64,000 bases of DNA from an uncultured Gammaproteobacteria bacterium. GTDB taxonomy: Bacteria; Pseudomonadota; Gammaproteobacteria; Steroidobacterales; BM003. Position 1 is the first letter of the stretch. Every line of letters begins with the position of its first letter. The stretch is taken from positions 69 through 64,068 of the forward strand of contig CAWGLN010000006.1 of assembly GCA_963823435.1 (NCBI GenBank), in the 5' to 3' direction. Under the pieces are notes generated by a model. The model saw only the letters and a list, made by a program, of their open reading frames with translations, made no database searches and was not told where the DNA came from. The translations under genes were made by a program, and so were the position numbers. This document shows positions 21,375 through 33,650 of this stretch, one piece after another.

Positions 21375-23453
21375 ATGTCATTTTTCGAGGAACTCAAGCG
21401 CCGTAACGTATTTCGCGTAGGGATTGCCTACGTGGTCTCTGCCTGGGTGCTGCTGCAAGTGGTGGACCTGGTGCTGGACAATATCGCCGCGCCAGAGTGG
21501 GTCATGAAAGTCTTCATGCTGGCGGTGGGTGTGGGCCTGCCCCTGGCCTTGATACTCGCCTGGGCTTTTGAGATGACCCCCGAGGGCCTCAAGCGTGAAA
21601 CCGCCGTGAATCCTGATCAGTCCATCACTCCGCAAACCGGGCGCAAGCTGGATCGACTCATTATCGTGTCCCTCGGAGTTGCGGTAGCCTTTCTCCTGTT
21701 AGACCGGTTCATCAATGTGCCAGGCGAAGCCGAACCGACGGCGGACACCACCACAGAGTCTGTGCAGGTCGAGCAGGACGGTGGTACACCGATCCATGTT
21801 ATCTCGGACAAGTCCATCGCCGTGCTGCCACTGGCTAATCGCAGCGTGCGAGCGGAGGATGCATTTTTCGCCGAGGGCATGCACGACGAGTTGCTGACCC
21901 AGTTGAGTCGCATCTCGGCCCTACGGGTGATTTCACGCACCTCGGTGATGGGCTATGCCGGAACCACCAAGCGCATGCCGGACATCGGTCGTGAACTGGG
22001 AGTGTCCACCTTGCTCGAAGGCGGCGTGCAACGCTCCGGTAACCGGGTACGCATTAATGTCCAGCTAATCGAAGCGGCCACCGACGAACACCTGTGGGCC
22101 GAGGTCTACGACCGGGAATTGACTGCAGACAACCTGTTCGAGATTCAGTCAGACATAACCCTGGCCATCGCCTCCGCCTTGCAAGCAGTCCTGACCGGAC
22201 AAGAGCAGCAAGTGCTTGAGCAAAAGCCCACCGAGAACCTGGACGCTTACGCTCACTACCTGCGAGGCAAGGTTGCCGCATCAACCTACGGACGAACCTC
22301 CTCACAAATTGCGGCGAGCATTGCTTCCTATAGAAGTGCAATTGAACTTGATCCGAAGTTCGCCGCCGCCTACGCCGCGTTGAGTATCGACTTGATAGAG
22401 CACTTCTGGGTCAACGGACGGGTCGGCGACCTGGGTCCGGCCACCGAGGCACTGGAGAAGGCCCGTGAACTGGCGCCCGAAGCAGCCGGGACCCACATCG
22501 CGGAAGGCTATTATTACTACTGGGGGCACTTGAACTACGAGCTGGCCATCGACGCATTTGATCGTGCGCTGGAGTCCAGTCCCGGCGAATTGTTGGCGAT
22601 ACGCGGGCGCGCCTACACCTTGCGACGAATGGGTCGATTCGAGGACTGTCTCGAAGACTTCAACCGGATACTTTCGCTGGACCCACTTAATGGTCCGGCG
22701 GCGGTCGAAATGGCGTACTCCCTGACACAAATCGGTCGCTTCGATGAGGCTTTTGCGAAGATTGAACAGGCGAGAGCGCTGGGGACGAAACATGCGTTTT
22801 TTGTTTACGTTGAAGCGAACTTGATGGCGACCGAGCAGAGGCTGGATGAGGCTAGAGCGGTGCTCGGGACAGTTTCTGAATCCATGGCGCCCGTCGCTTT
22901 TGACTTGTTGTTTTCAATCGCCCGTTGGAGCCGCGATCCACAGTTTATCGAGCAAATGGATGAGCTCGGGGAACGCCGTAAACTCCTGAATCCGGACAGT
23001 GTTGAAAACTATCTGCCATCGCACGCCCGGGTACTGTGGGACAGGGGCCAATACACGGATATGCAGCCGTTGCTGGATGATTACGAGCCGAAGTTACTGA
23101 AATTGTTGGATACCAGTCCGGACCAGGCTGCACCGCTCGCCGGGCTTATCGAGCTCTACTCCATGCGGGGCGACCGGTCCCGCTTTGACGCCATGGTGCA
23201 TCGCTATGATCATGACCTGAAGCCGGACGCCTTGCGCCTGGTGGAGCAGGGCATGGTGATTCCAATTGGTTACGCCAGGTTCGGAGATGCCGATGCTGCC
23301 CTGGATCGGATTGATCTTGCGGTTGAACAGTTCGGAATCTGGGAGTTCTCCCGCTTTTCCATGGACCCGGTGTTTGACTCCATGCGGGATAATCCTCGCT
23401 TTCAAGCCCTGGACCAGCGTTTGCAGCAGTGGCTGGAGAGTCGCAAGAAATGA
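21375..23453 (+). CDS. ELKRR-anchor TolB-N-like/TPR protein, copy 3 (3 TM)
   Basis: Intact 692-aa ORF; SIAVLPLANRS...GMHDELL variant; DPVFDSMRDNPRF C-terminal motif. Confidence 0.9.
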   Translation: MSFFEELKRRNVFRVGIAYVVSAWVLLQVVDLVLDNIAAPEWVMKVFMLAVGVGLPLALILAWAFEMTPEGLKRETAVNPDQSITPQTGRKLDRLIIVSLGVAVAFLLLDRFINVPGEAEPTADTTTESVQVEQDGGTPIHVISDKSIAVLPLANRSVRAEDAFFAEGMHDELLTQLSRISALRVISRTSVMGYAGTTKRMPDIGRELGVSTLLEGGVQRSGNRVRINVQLIEAATDEHLWAEVYDRELTADNLFEIQSDITLAIASALQAVLTGQEQQVLEQKPTENLDAYAHYLRGKVAASTYGRTSSQIAASIASYRSAIELDPKFAAAYAALSIDLIEHFWVNGRVGDLGPATEALEKARELAPEAAGTHIAEGYYYYWGHLNYELAIDAFDRALESSPGELLAIRGRAYTLRRMGRFEDCLEDFNRILSLDPLNGPAAVEMAYSLTQIGRFDEAFAKIEQARALGTKHAFFVYVEANLMATEQRLDEARAVLGTVSESMAPVAFDLLFSIARWSRDPQFIEQMDELGERRKLLNPDSVENYLPSHARVLWDRGQYTDMQPLLDDYEPKLLKLLDTSPDQAAPLAGLIELYSMRGDRSRFDAMVHRYDHDLKPDALRLVEQGMVIPIGYARFGDADAALDRIDLAVEQFGIWEFSRFSMDPVFDSMRDNPRFQALDQRLQQWLESRKK

Positions 23454-25312
23454 GTTTTTTCGAGGAACTCGAAACGCCGCAATGTATTCCGCGTGGGTAT
23501 CGCCTACGCGGTGGTCGCCTGGGTGTTGCTGCAGGTGGTGGACCTGGTGCTGGATAATATCGTGGCGCCAGAGTGGATCATGAAGGTATTCATGCTGGCG
23601 GTGGCGGTGGGTTTCCCCCTGGCGGTGATCATAGCCTGGGCTTTCGAAATGACCCCCGAAGGACTCAAGCGCGAGTCTGAGGTGGATCGCAGCCAGTCCA
23701 TCACCCCGCAGACCGGGCACAAGCTGGATCGCATCATTATCGTCGTTCCTGGCGGTTGCGGTGGTCGTGCTTCTGGCCGAGACGATTGTATGTCGGCGAT
23801 GAAAGTTTGCCGCCAGTATCGACAGCGGCGAATTCTGAAAGGTCACCGGCCGATGCCACCGCACAGCCCGTGGGCCCGGTATCCCGCGCCCGGGGCAACT
23901 CCATCGCCGTGCTGCCGTTCGTCAACATGAGCGCCGACAAGGATAACGAGTATTTCTCGGATGGCATCTCGGAGGAAATCCTCAATGTGCTGGCGCGTAT
24001 ACCGGACCTGAAGGTGGCGGCCCGCACCTCGGCCTTTGCGTTCAAGGGCACGAACACCAACATTGCCGATATTGCCCGGACCCTGAATGTGGATATCGTG
24101 CTGGAAGGCAGTGTGCGCAAGTCCGGCAACCAGGTGCGGGTCACGGCCCAGTTGATCAAGGCCGCCGACGGTTATCACCTGTGGTCGGAAACCTACGACC
24201 GGGAGCTGACCAATATCTTCGCCATCCAGGACGAGATTGCGAAGTCCATCGCCGATGAGTTGAAGCTTACCCTGGATATCGATACGGCGGTTGCCGGCAA
24301 CATGACCGGCACCACCAGCACCGAGGCCTACGATGCCTACCTGCGGGGTATGAACCAGTGGCATCTGCGAAGTGGAGAATCCCTGCACAACAGTGTCGAG
24401 CTGTTTGGCCAGGCCATTGCCATCGACCCGAATTTTGCCCGGGCCTATGGAGGTCTTGCACTGACTTACGCCATCATCATGGATTACACGGATATGCCGG
24501 CTGCCGAGGCACGGCAGAAAGCGCGCATCGCGGCGGATGCTGCGCTGGGCATCGATCCGCACCTGGTCGAGGCGGCCACCGCCCTGATCTACACGACCAA
24601 CGATATCGACCAGCAACTGGTCTATGCCCAAAGAGCCATCGAGTTGGGGCCATCATTTGCCACCGCGCACCAGTGGTACGCAACGACTCTCTCCCTGACC
24701 GGCGATCTTGAGGCCGCCGAACGAGAGTACCTGGCGGCCTATGAACTGGATCCGCGGTCACGCATCGTGGGCGTCAACCTGGCGGGAAATTACCGGCTGA
24801 TGGGACGTTTTGAGGACGCCGAGCGGAACTTGCAGCAGGTCCTGTCCTTTGCACCGGACTTTTATTTTGCCCATGACTCCTTGTTCCAGCTGCGACTGCA
24901 GACCGGGGATATGCAAGGCGCAGAGTCCGCGGGCAGGCAGCTGGCCCGGGAACTGGGGCGAGATGAGGCTGCTGTGCAGGTCTACCTGGATTTGTTTTCC
25001 GACAGTACGAAGAAACAGGATGCACTGGAGACCATCATGAGTTGGCCCAGGCGCGACCGGTGGAGCGGAGCGAGTCCCGCCCTGATCGGCGAAGGTCTTT
25101 CGACGCTGCTGGCGATTGCAGGCGCGTGGCCGGAAGCCCGGACCGTACTGAAGGAAGAGATTCAATACACTCCCGTTTACATTTACGGGGGCGTGAGAGT
25201 TGATCGCAGCCTTGCCGCCTTCAATTGCAGCCCCGAGACCCAGGCTATCTACGCCACTACAAATTTGCCGCCGCTTGCCGTGCCCTATCCTTGTGAAGGC
25301 TTGACGAAATGA
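23450..25312 (+). CDS. ELKRR-anchor TolB-N-like/TPR protein, copy 4 (3 TM; frameshifted)
   Basis: ATGA overlap with copy 3; joins ORFs 23493..23930 and 23756..25312. Confidence 0.85.
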
Positions 25313-27196
25313 GTTTCTTCACTGAACTCAAGCGACGCAATGTTTTCCGCGTCGGCGCCGCCTACCTGGTCGCCGCATGGCTGGTGATTCAACTCGTCGA
25401 GACGATTTTCCCGGCCTTTGGCTTCGGCGATTCGGCCGTGCGTCTTGCGGTCATCGTGCTCGCCATCGGTTTCGTACCGGTGCTGATCCTGGCCTGGGCC
25501 TTCGAGATCACCCCCGAGGGTGTGAAGCGGGACAGGGAAGTGGATCGCAGGGAGGCCGGCGCATCGATAACTGCCCACAAGCTAAATCGTGCCGTGGTGG
25601 TATTGCTGGTCGCCGCGGTGGGCTACTTCGCGGTGGACAAGTTTGTGCTGGCCCCGCCGCAGCCGGGCGAGCAATCAACGGCTGCACAGCGGGACGCGAC
25701 GTCACAGCCACCAGGCGTCGAAATCTCTGCCCCCGCAGTGCAAGGTCGCTCGGTGGCGGTGCTGCCCTTCGTCTCCATGAGTAGCGGTGAGGATGACGAG
25801 TATTTTGCCGACGGCTTGACCGAGGAAATCCTCAACTACCTGGCCAGTGTTCCCGAATTACTGGTTACCGCACGCACTTCGGCGTTTCATTTCAGGGGCA
25901 CCAATCTGCCGGTGCCCGAGATTGCCGCCACCCTGGGTGTGGCCAACGTGGTGGAAGGCTCGGTCCGACGGGCCGGTGACAGGGTTCGTATCACCGTCCA
26001 GTTGATCCGGGCCGCCGACGGCTTCCACCTGTGGTCCCAGACCTATGACCGCACCCTGGAAAATGTGTTTGCGGTGCAGGAAGATATCGCTCGCAACATT
26101 ACCGAGGTGCTGGACGTGGTGCTGGACGAGCAGGAGCTGGCTCGCATGCGTGCCGCCGGCATTGGCGACGTGGAAGCCTTCATTGCTTATCAGAAAGGGC
26201 AGGAGGCCTTCACCGCGGCTCACTCGGACATCGAGCACATCTCCGATGCGCTGGCGACGGCCAACCAGTATTACGACCAGGTACTGGAAGTGGCGCCAGG
26301 GCTCACCGGCGTGCATTTGCGGCGGGCTGACCTTGGTGGTCATGTGTTATTCGAATTGGTGGCCGGGTTTCGCCCTGAAACCTACCCCGGGAGAGTCCCG
26401 GGATGTGCTGAAGACCTTGCAGGAGGATTACTCCCGGGCCTGGGAGTCCGCACGCCCCGGGGCCGAGCGGACCATGGTGGAAGTCGAGCGCACGATTTTC
26501 TCCGATAACTGGGAGGGCCTGGCCGCCAGGTTGGACCAGGTGTTCGCCCTGCTGAGTGCCTGCAAGGCAACTGGATAAGCCAGTTGGGTCAGCAGTTTGG
26601 CCGGGCCGCAGAATCGGCCGCCTGGCAGCAGAACAACTTGCGCTGCGACCCCCTCGCCGGGATGACCTACATGGCCCTGACCCAGGCGCTGGTCTGGGAC
26701 GCAAGGCCCGAGGAGGGTCTGGAGTTGATTGCCCGGGGAGAAGCGCTGAAAATCTACATTCCCTTCAAGCGCGATATGCGACAGGTCGCCCTGTTGGCGG
26801 CAGGCCAGTTCAAGCAGGACGCCGAGGCGTATATGCCCGCCGCCCACGGCACTATCTACCCCTTTCCCGACCGGCTCATGCTGGAGGCCAGGGTAGGAGA
26901 TCAGGTTCGTGCCCGGGAAATCTCCGATGCCTATCTGGCTCGTCCCGGCGTCGATGACTGGTCGTCCATGGTCGCAGCCGCGGTGGTGGGAAACCGCCAG
27001 GGGGCCAATGCCGCCGCAGCGCGTATTGACGGTCGTCCCGGCGGGCCATTCATGCTTGCTCGTCGGCTCGCAGATGTGCTTTTGCGGCGCACCCTTCGAC
27101 CTGGATGCAACGCCCAATTTCAAGGCGCGGTTAGGGGAGTCGGGTTTCCCCTGGCCACCGCGGGATCCGGTCGGTTACCCGCTCAAGACCTGGTAA
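25309..27196 (+). CDS. ELKRR-anchor TolB-N-like protein, copy 5 (3 TM; divergent helical C-terminus; frameshifted)
   Basis: ATGA overlap with copy 4; [17 protein letters not shown]; ends [15 protein letters not shown]...YPLKTW. Confidence 0.8.
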
Positions 27197-28812
27197 TTGC
27201 TCAGGCGACGCGAACTTTGCCGCTGAGAGCGCTGCGAGTCCAGGTATTCGTCGTAACTACCGTTGAAGTCGATGACCCCGTCAGGTGTTAACTCGATAAT
27301 GCGGGTCGCAAGCGATGACACAAAATCCCGGTCATGGCTGATGAAGATCAGCGTGCCGGGGTAGTTCTCAAGCGCAAGATTCAAGGCCTCGATAGATTCC
27401 ATGTCCAGGTGGTTGGTCGGCTCGTCCATGATCAGCACATTGGGTTTCTGCAGTATCAGCTTGCCGAACATCAAGCGTCGCTGTTCGCCACCCGATACCA
27501 CTTTCACCGACTTTTCGCTCTCGTCTCTCGAGAACAACATCCTGCCGAGCGTGGCCCGCAGCATTTGTTCGTCAGCACCCTTGGGTTGCCACTGGGTGAT
27601 CCAGTCGAACAGGCTTAATTCATGCTGGAATTCCGTCGAGTTGTCCTGGGCTGAATAACCCACCTGGGCATTCTCGGCCCACTTGACCTGGCCGCTGTCG
27701 GGTTCGATTTCCTGCATCAGGCAGCGAACGAGCGTGGTCTTGCCGATGCCGTTTTGCCCCAGGATCGCAACCCGTGATCCGGCTTCGATAGCCAGGTTCA
27801 AACCTTTAAACAGCGGACCCTCGTCATAGCCCTTGCTCAGGTTGGTCGCTTCCAGGGCGAAACGACGCAGCGGCTTGTCCTGTTCAAAACGAATATAGGG
27901 ACTCACCCGGCTGGATGGCGTGATGACTTCAAGCTCGATCTTTTCCAGTTGCCGGGCCCGGGAGGTCGCCTGGCGCGCCTTGGAGGCGTTGGCAGAGAAA
28001 CGGCTGACGAAGGCCTGCAGCTCGGCCATTTTCACTTTCTTCTTGGCGTTGTCATTCTGGGTGCGTTCACGTGCCTGGGTGGCCGCCGTCATGTACTCGT
28101 CATAGTTGCCCGGGAACAGCTGCAACTTGCCGTAATCCAGGTCAGCCATGTGTGTGCACACGGTATTCAGAAAGTGGCGATCATGGGAAATGATGATAAT
28201 TGTGGACTTGCTCTTGTCCAGGAATTCTTCCAGCCAGCGGATGGCGTTGATGTCCAGGTTGTTGGTCGGCTCATCCAGCAGCAGCACATCCGGATCGGAA
28301 AACAGCGCCTGGGCCAGTAGCACCCGGAGCTTCCAGCCGGGGGCGACGGCGCTCATGGGGCCCTGGTGCTGTTCCACGGGTATACCGATACCTTCCAGCA
28401 GATCACCTGCCCGGGATTCGGCCGAGTAACCATCCATCTCGGCGAATTCGACTTCAAGATCTGCGACCAGCATGCCTTCTTCGTCGCTCATCTGGGGCAG
28501 GGAATAGAGACGGTCGCGTTCCTGCATCACCTGCCACAATCTCTTGTAACCCATGATGACCGTATCGAGTACCCGATACCCTTCATAGGCGAACTGGTCC
28601 TGGGAAAGCTGACCGATCCGTATATTGGGATCGATGGACACATTGCCGGCGGTCGGCTCGATATCACCGGCCAGGATTTTCATGAAGGTCGACTTGCCCG
28701 AGCCGTTGGCGCCGATCAGGCCATAGCGGTTGCCGTTGCCGAAAGTCACGGAAACGTTTTCAAAAAGCGGCTTGGCGCCGAACTGGATGGCCAGATTTGC
28801 TGTAGAGATCAA
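27175..28812 (-). CDS. ybiT: ABC-F family ATPase (YbiT-like)
   Basis: TTG start [19 protein letters not shown]; two ABC domains ([18 protein letters not shown]); [12 protein letters not shown] signature; no TM helices. Confidence 0.88.
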   Translation of the reverse strand: MISTANLAIQFGAKPLFENVSVTFGNGNRYGLIGANGSGKSTFMKILAGDIEPTAGNVSIDPNIRIGQLSQDQFAYEGYRVLDTVIMGYKRLWQVMQERDRLYSLPQMSDEEGMLVADLEVEFAEMDGYSAESRAGDLLEGIGIPVEQHQGPMSAVAPGWKLRVLLAQALFSDPDVLLLDEPTNNLDINAIRWLEEFLDKSKSTIIIISHDRHFLNTVCTHMADLDYGKLQLFPGNYDEYMTAATQARERTQNDNAKKKVKMAELQAFVSRFSANASKARQATSRARQLEKIELEVITPSSRVSPYIRFEQDKPLRRFALEATNLSKGYDEGPLFKGLNLAIEAGSRVAILGQNGIGKTTLVRCLMQEIEPDSGQVKWAENAQVGYSAQDNSTEFQHELSLFDWITQWQPKGADEQMLRATLGRMLFSRDESEKSVKVVSGGEQRRLMFGKLILQKPNVLIMDEPTNHLDMESIEALNLALENYPGTLIFISHDRDFVSSLATRIIELTPDGVIDFNGSYDEYLDSQRSQRQSSRRLSNYQVLSG

Positions 28813-29150
28813 TGTCTTGTACCGGTAATGCGCGTGTTTCAGTGGGCCGCACTCGCCGGTAAACAGACCATAACAATCTGATTTTAAAGGGAAAGCGGTA
28901 TGGGTAATGCAATGGGTGGAGGGCATGGTAGCAGAGTTTTGCCGACAGACCTACCCGCACCTGGGGAGTTCCAGCGTGCATGGCACAGCGGCACCCGGGT
29001 CAGTCACGGACTCCTTGTATGATTTCGGCCACATCGAAAAATGTCGGGCGGTTTTCGGGTTCCCCGAATGGGTTGGCGGCCCGGCAAAGCGGCGAATCCC
29101 GGTTTTTTCGCCCGGTAAGGGAATCGCGTGAAACAAAAATAACCAAATAA

Positions 29151-29163
29151 AATCAAAGAGTTG
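29151..29163 (+). promoter_or_regulatory. IHF consensus site
   Basis: AATCAA-AGAG-TTG matches WATCAANNNNTTR, with A-tracts upstream, in the AT-rich region before the TonB receptor. Confidence 0.45.
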
Positions 29164-29499
29164 ACGATAATTTCTGGTGTCTGCCGCGGAAAAAGTGTGA
29201 CGCATGTCGCGGAAAATTCACCTTATTAGGGTCTGGATTCAGGGCGCCTGACCTTTCGATATTAAATTGTGGGCAAAAAAGCAACAAATAAGCTGTTGTT
29301 TTTTAAGTAATTCGTTATTTTACGCCGTAAATCTGTATCAATTTGCTCACAGATTGTTGTGGTTTGATGTCTGTTGCTATAGGATCGGCCCGATCAATTC
29401 CCTGGTTTGTTCCTGTATAGACATGTCAAATCTATCTGGAAGAGGTCTCGGAATCGACTCTGCAACTACCAAATTATCCAAAATTTTGGGGGATTATAA

Positions 29500-32126
29500 A
29501 TGTTTACACGTAAGCCACTGTCTATCGCGATGGCAGCTGTGTTTGGCGTCGCTTCCGCCGGAAGCATGATGTCAACCGCTGTACACGCGCAGGAAGCGAC
29601 GGCCACTGACGACCAGATGATCGAAGAGATCGTTACTACCGGTTCGCGTATCAAGCGTTCCACCAACACCGAATCTCAGGAAATCATCACTTTCACCGCT
29701 GAAGAGATGAAGCTTAGCGGCGACATCAGTGTCTCCGACGCTCTTCGTTCATCCACCATGAACTCACTCGGTTCGTTCCGTGAGTCTTCTGGCAGCAGCG
29801 CCCAGTCCAACGCCACCGTCAACCTGCGTGGTGTCGGTACCTACCGTACCCTGGTCCTGCTCAACGGCCGTCGTATTGTAGGCTCCCCTTCCCTGGGTGG
29901 CGGCGGTTCTGTCAACCTGAACATGATCCCGTTCTCAGCGGTTGACCGTATCGAAGTGATCGCCGATGGCGCATCCGCCATTTACGGTTCTGACGCGGTT
30001 GCCGGCGTGGTAAACGTCATCCTGAAGAAGGACTATGACGGTCTGAAAATCACCGGTCGCTATGGCGATCGCAGCCGTGACGATGGCACGGAGCAGAGCT
30101 TCTCCATTCTGAGCGGCGCCACCTCTGAGCGTGGCAGCGTGACCTTCGGTGTGGAATACGACAAGCGTGACCCGATCTTTGATAAAGATCGTGATTACAC
30201 CAAGGCCAGGTATGGCGATTACAACGGCGACGGCGTTGTCACCGGTTACGAAGAGTCCGTCGGCGTATCCTTTTATGGCTACAGCCTGGTTAACCCGAAC
30301 TACGATCCCGATGTGGCGTATGATCCTAATGATCGGACCACCTGGTATGTCGATCCGGGCGCCAACTGCCCTGACGGTCCTGGCGGTTATGCCGGTCCGA
30401 TGGCTGCTGATGCCGTGTTCGGTCCCGAGTCCGGTTTCTACTGCGGTTATGCCTTCGCCCTGGTGTCGGCCAACCGTGCCGGTCTGGAACGTATCAACAC
30501 CTGGGTAAGCTCCGAGTACGAACTGACCGATTCCATTGACCTGTACGCTGACGCGATGCTTGCCTCCAACGAGTCATTCGGTCGTTACGCGCCTCCCGCT
30601 GCTACGGGCCCACCATTCCTGGTGACCCCCGTAATGACATCGGCGCAACCTATCGGTTACTTCCGCTGGACCGATATCGGTACCCGCGACAACGTCGTGA
30701 ACGATACCCTGACCGACATCAACGTTGGTTTGAGGGGCGATGTCTACGCGATACCGTATCCTGGGATGTCGGCTACACCTACTCCAAGTATGTGTCATCC
30801 TCAGTGGGTAACTATTACCTGAGCTACTCGGGTCTGGCTTACAACATTGCCAACGATATCGACGATTTCGATTCTTTCGTTGCCAACCTGAAGGCCACCA
30901 CCCTGAACGATGACCGCCAGGAAATGCAGAAGTATTTCGGTGGTGTGCAGTTCGACATGTTCGACATGGCGGGTGGAGCGGCTACCACGTACGTGGGTGC
31001 CGAGTACTACGAGATCCAGTACGACGCCCTGGTGGACGCGCAGTCTGAAGCCGGCCTGGTCGGTGGTTCTGCTGGTAACTCCGCCTCCGGCTACCGTGAC
31101 GTGACGGCTGTGTTCGCTGAAGCGATCCTGCCCGTGACCGACGGTCTGGAATTGGACGCTGGCCCTGCGCTATGACGATTACTCCGACTTCGGTGATGCG
31201 ACGACCTACCGTCTTGGGCGGCACCTGGGTAATTCCTGGTTTCGAGGCCCTCAAGCTGAAAGCGTCATACGGTACCGGTTTCCGCGCACCTGACCTGTCA
31301 AGTCTGTACGGTGTAACGTGCCTTCTCTGCTGAATTCGCGACCGACTACTGGGGTTGCGAGCGGTCCGGCGTTCTGCCGGCGGATTGCCCGAGGCGTCAG
31401 TTCGATACCTACATCGGTTCCAATCCGAACCTGGATGCTGAAAAGTCAACGACATGGTCTGTCGGCGCTGAGTTGACCTTCCTTGAGACCTGGGTTGCCA
31501 GCTTGAACTTCTTCAACCTGGATATGGAAGACCCGATTCTGTACACCTCTGCACAGGATCAGCTGGACGTTGATTACAACACGCAGGGTGGAAACCCGGC
31601 CGTGATACGTAACGTCCTGGGTGGCGTGGACGAGATCTCTGCCGGTTACCAGAACGGTGTGACGGAGTTCAACAACCAGGCCCTTGACATGTCTGTTCGT
31701 GGCACTCAGGACAGCGCCTTCGGTATGTGGGGCTTCGGCTGGAACGCGACCTACTACGTCAACTATGATGCAGAAAGGTCGTACGGCACCGGCGACCTCT
31801 ACAATGCTGCCGGCACTCTGGGTCTGCCCGAGTGGCGTCAGAACTTCCTGGTCAGCTGGGAAATGGATGGCATCTTCTCGAGCCTGAACTACGACTACAT
31901 TGGCGAGTCGAAGTCCAATATCGGCAGCGAGAAGTGGGATTCATGGGGCATCTTCAACCTTGCAGTTGGTTATGCTTCTGACGACTACGGCACCGTGACG
32001 ATTGGTGCGAATAACCTGCTGGACGAAGATCCTCTTCTGGATGCCGCGACAGGCGATCAGGTTGATGAAAATCAGTACGACAACACCGGTCGTGTGATCT
32101 ACATCAGCTACTCTATCGAATTCTAA
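29500..32126 (+). CDS. TonB-dependent receptor (several frameshifts)
   Basis: Signal peptide; TonB box EEIVTTGSRI; plug NLRGVG..RTLVLLNGRR, IEVIADGASAIYGSDAVAGVVN; GANNLLD; C-terminal Phe (YSIEF). Confidence 0.92.
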
Positions 32127-32145
32127 TTCGTTAGAGACTAGAATA

Positions 32146-32178
32146 GGGGGGCCTGCGCAAGCGGGCCCCTTTTTTTTG
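32146..32178 (+). terminator. Rho-independent terminator after the TonB receptor
   Basis: ggggcctgc-gcaa-gcgggcccc followed by a T run. Confidence 0.85.
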
Positions 32179-32206
32179 TCTATTTTTTATGCACTTAGGA
32201 AATTCA

Positions 32207-33145
32207 ATGAACCCATGGTCCTTGTTCTGGCGCCAGGGGCACAGCACAACCTTCGGCGATTACTTCAAGCGGGGGTATGAGGGTGCTGTTGCCGATTGGT
32301 GGAAATCGACCCTGGATACACTGCCTGCGAACCCGGTAGTCATGGAAGTGGGTTGTGGCAATTGTTCCCTGCTGCCCGCCATGATTGCGTCCGGTATCGG
32401 CGGCAAATACATCGGTGTCGACCTTGCCCTGGTAGAACCCAGCCCATTGGCCCGGGAGGGTCTGGCCGAGAGCGGTATCGAGGTGGTGTTGCACCCGGAA
32501 ACCCCGGCCGAGGAGATTCCCGAGCCTGATGAGTCTGTAGACCTCCTGGTGTCTGTCTTCGGGATAGAGTATTCGGACCTGGACAAGAGCCTGCCCGAGG
32601 CCTTGCGATTATTGCGGCCCGGGCGCCAATTGCGTGCGCTGTTGCACCACGATGCCTCCGTGGTGACGTCCATGTCACGCCGGGCTATCTCGGAGTTTGA
32701 CAGCGGGGACCTGGCCAGTGTAATCGAAGCCCTGGGTGTTATCAGTTCCGAGAGAGACAAGACAGCCTCTATCGCCGAACTCAAGGCAAGTCCCCAGGCC
32801 GAGAAGCATCGCAAGATCATTAACATGCTGGCGGAGAAGTACCTGAGCAGCACAGATCCGAGAACCGCGAATGCGACCATGTTCGAGATCATGACCAATG
32901 CCCTGAAGTTCTTCAAGATGATGGGGGCACAGAGCGAGGTCCGGCAGCAATTCATTGCTGCGCTGAATGACGAACACGCAGCTTCACATGAGCGATTCAA
33001 ACAGATGGTGGCTGTCGCCCTGGATGAGGCCGGAATAGAGGCCGTTCAGGAGAAGCTCCGTAGATTGGGATTTTCGGACATCCGGACCAATGTCATCTAC
33101 TCGAACAAAGACATACTTGGGTGGGAACTGTGTACACAAAAATAG
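32207..33145 (+). CDS. Class I SAM-dependent methyltransferase
   Basis: MEVGCGN motif I, GVDLA, SVFGIEY, LRPG. Confidence 0.8.
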   Translation: MNPWSLFWRQGHSTTFGDYFKRGYEGAVADWWKSTLDTLPANPVVMEVGCGNCSLLPAMIASGIGGKYIGVDLALVEPSPLAREGLAESGIEVVLHPETPAEEIPEPDESVDLLVSVFGIEYSDLDKSLPEALRLLRPGRQLRALLHHDASVVTSMSRRAISEFDSGDLASVIEALGVISSERDKTASIAELKASPQAEKHRKIINMLAEKYLSSTDPRTANATMFEIMTNALKFFKMMGAQSEVRQQFIAALNDEHAASHERFKQMVAVALDEAGIEAVQEKLRRLGFSDIRTNVIYSNKDILGWELCTQK

Positions 33146-33585
33146 TTATCGTCGTTGCACTTGCCTGGGCCAACTCCGCCCTGGGTGAGGAAACCCTGAT
33201 CGAATGCTCCAGGATTGAGGACCCGACAGCGCGTGTCGCCTGTTACGACAAGTTGGCGGGTCGGGTCGAAGAGAAGATGGAGAAAAGCTACTCCGGTACG
33301 ACCGAGCAGCGAGTCGAGGCCATGAAGCAGTCGATCACCGAGGAGGTTGTCGGTGATACCGCGAAGGCGCCCGAGATCCTGCAGCTGGAAATAAAGAGCG
33401 TCCAGCGTGATCGCAACGGCCGCGTCACGTACGTGACCACCGATGGGCGGTATTTCAAGCGCAGCAACGACGCCAAGACCACTTTCGAGGTCGGTGACAG
33501 ACTGGTTATTGAAGAAGGCATGATGAGTTCCAGATTCCTGGTCCGCGATGACGGCAGGAAGAACAAGGTCACTGAGGTCAATTAA
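33121..33585 (+). CDS. Secreted hypothetical protein with a Cys pair
   Basis: Signal peptide; CSRIEDPTARVACYD; overlaps the end of the methyltransferase. Confidence 0.65.
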   Translation: MGTVYTKIVIVVALAWANSALGEETLIECSRIEDPTARVACYDKLAGRVEEKMEKSYSGTTEQRVEAMKQSITEEVVGDTAKAPEILQLEIKSVQRDRNGRVTYVTTDGRYFKRSNDAKTTFEVGDRLVIEEGMMSSRFLVRDDGRKNKVTEVN

Positions 33586-33650
33586 TTTGCGGCGTGTACC
33601 TTCACGTGGTGTAGCCTTCCAGTAAGCCTCGTAGTGATTCGGGAGCCCGG

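Noticed and set aside
16520-27196. Diversity-generating retroelement driving TPR variation
   Set aside because: No reverse transcriptase and no template/variable repeat pair differing at adenines.
27175-27196. Convergent overlap between ybiT and receptor copy 5
   Set aside because: Only 22 bp, a common arrangement, and dependent on uncertain frames.
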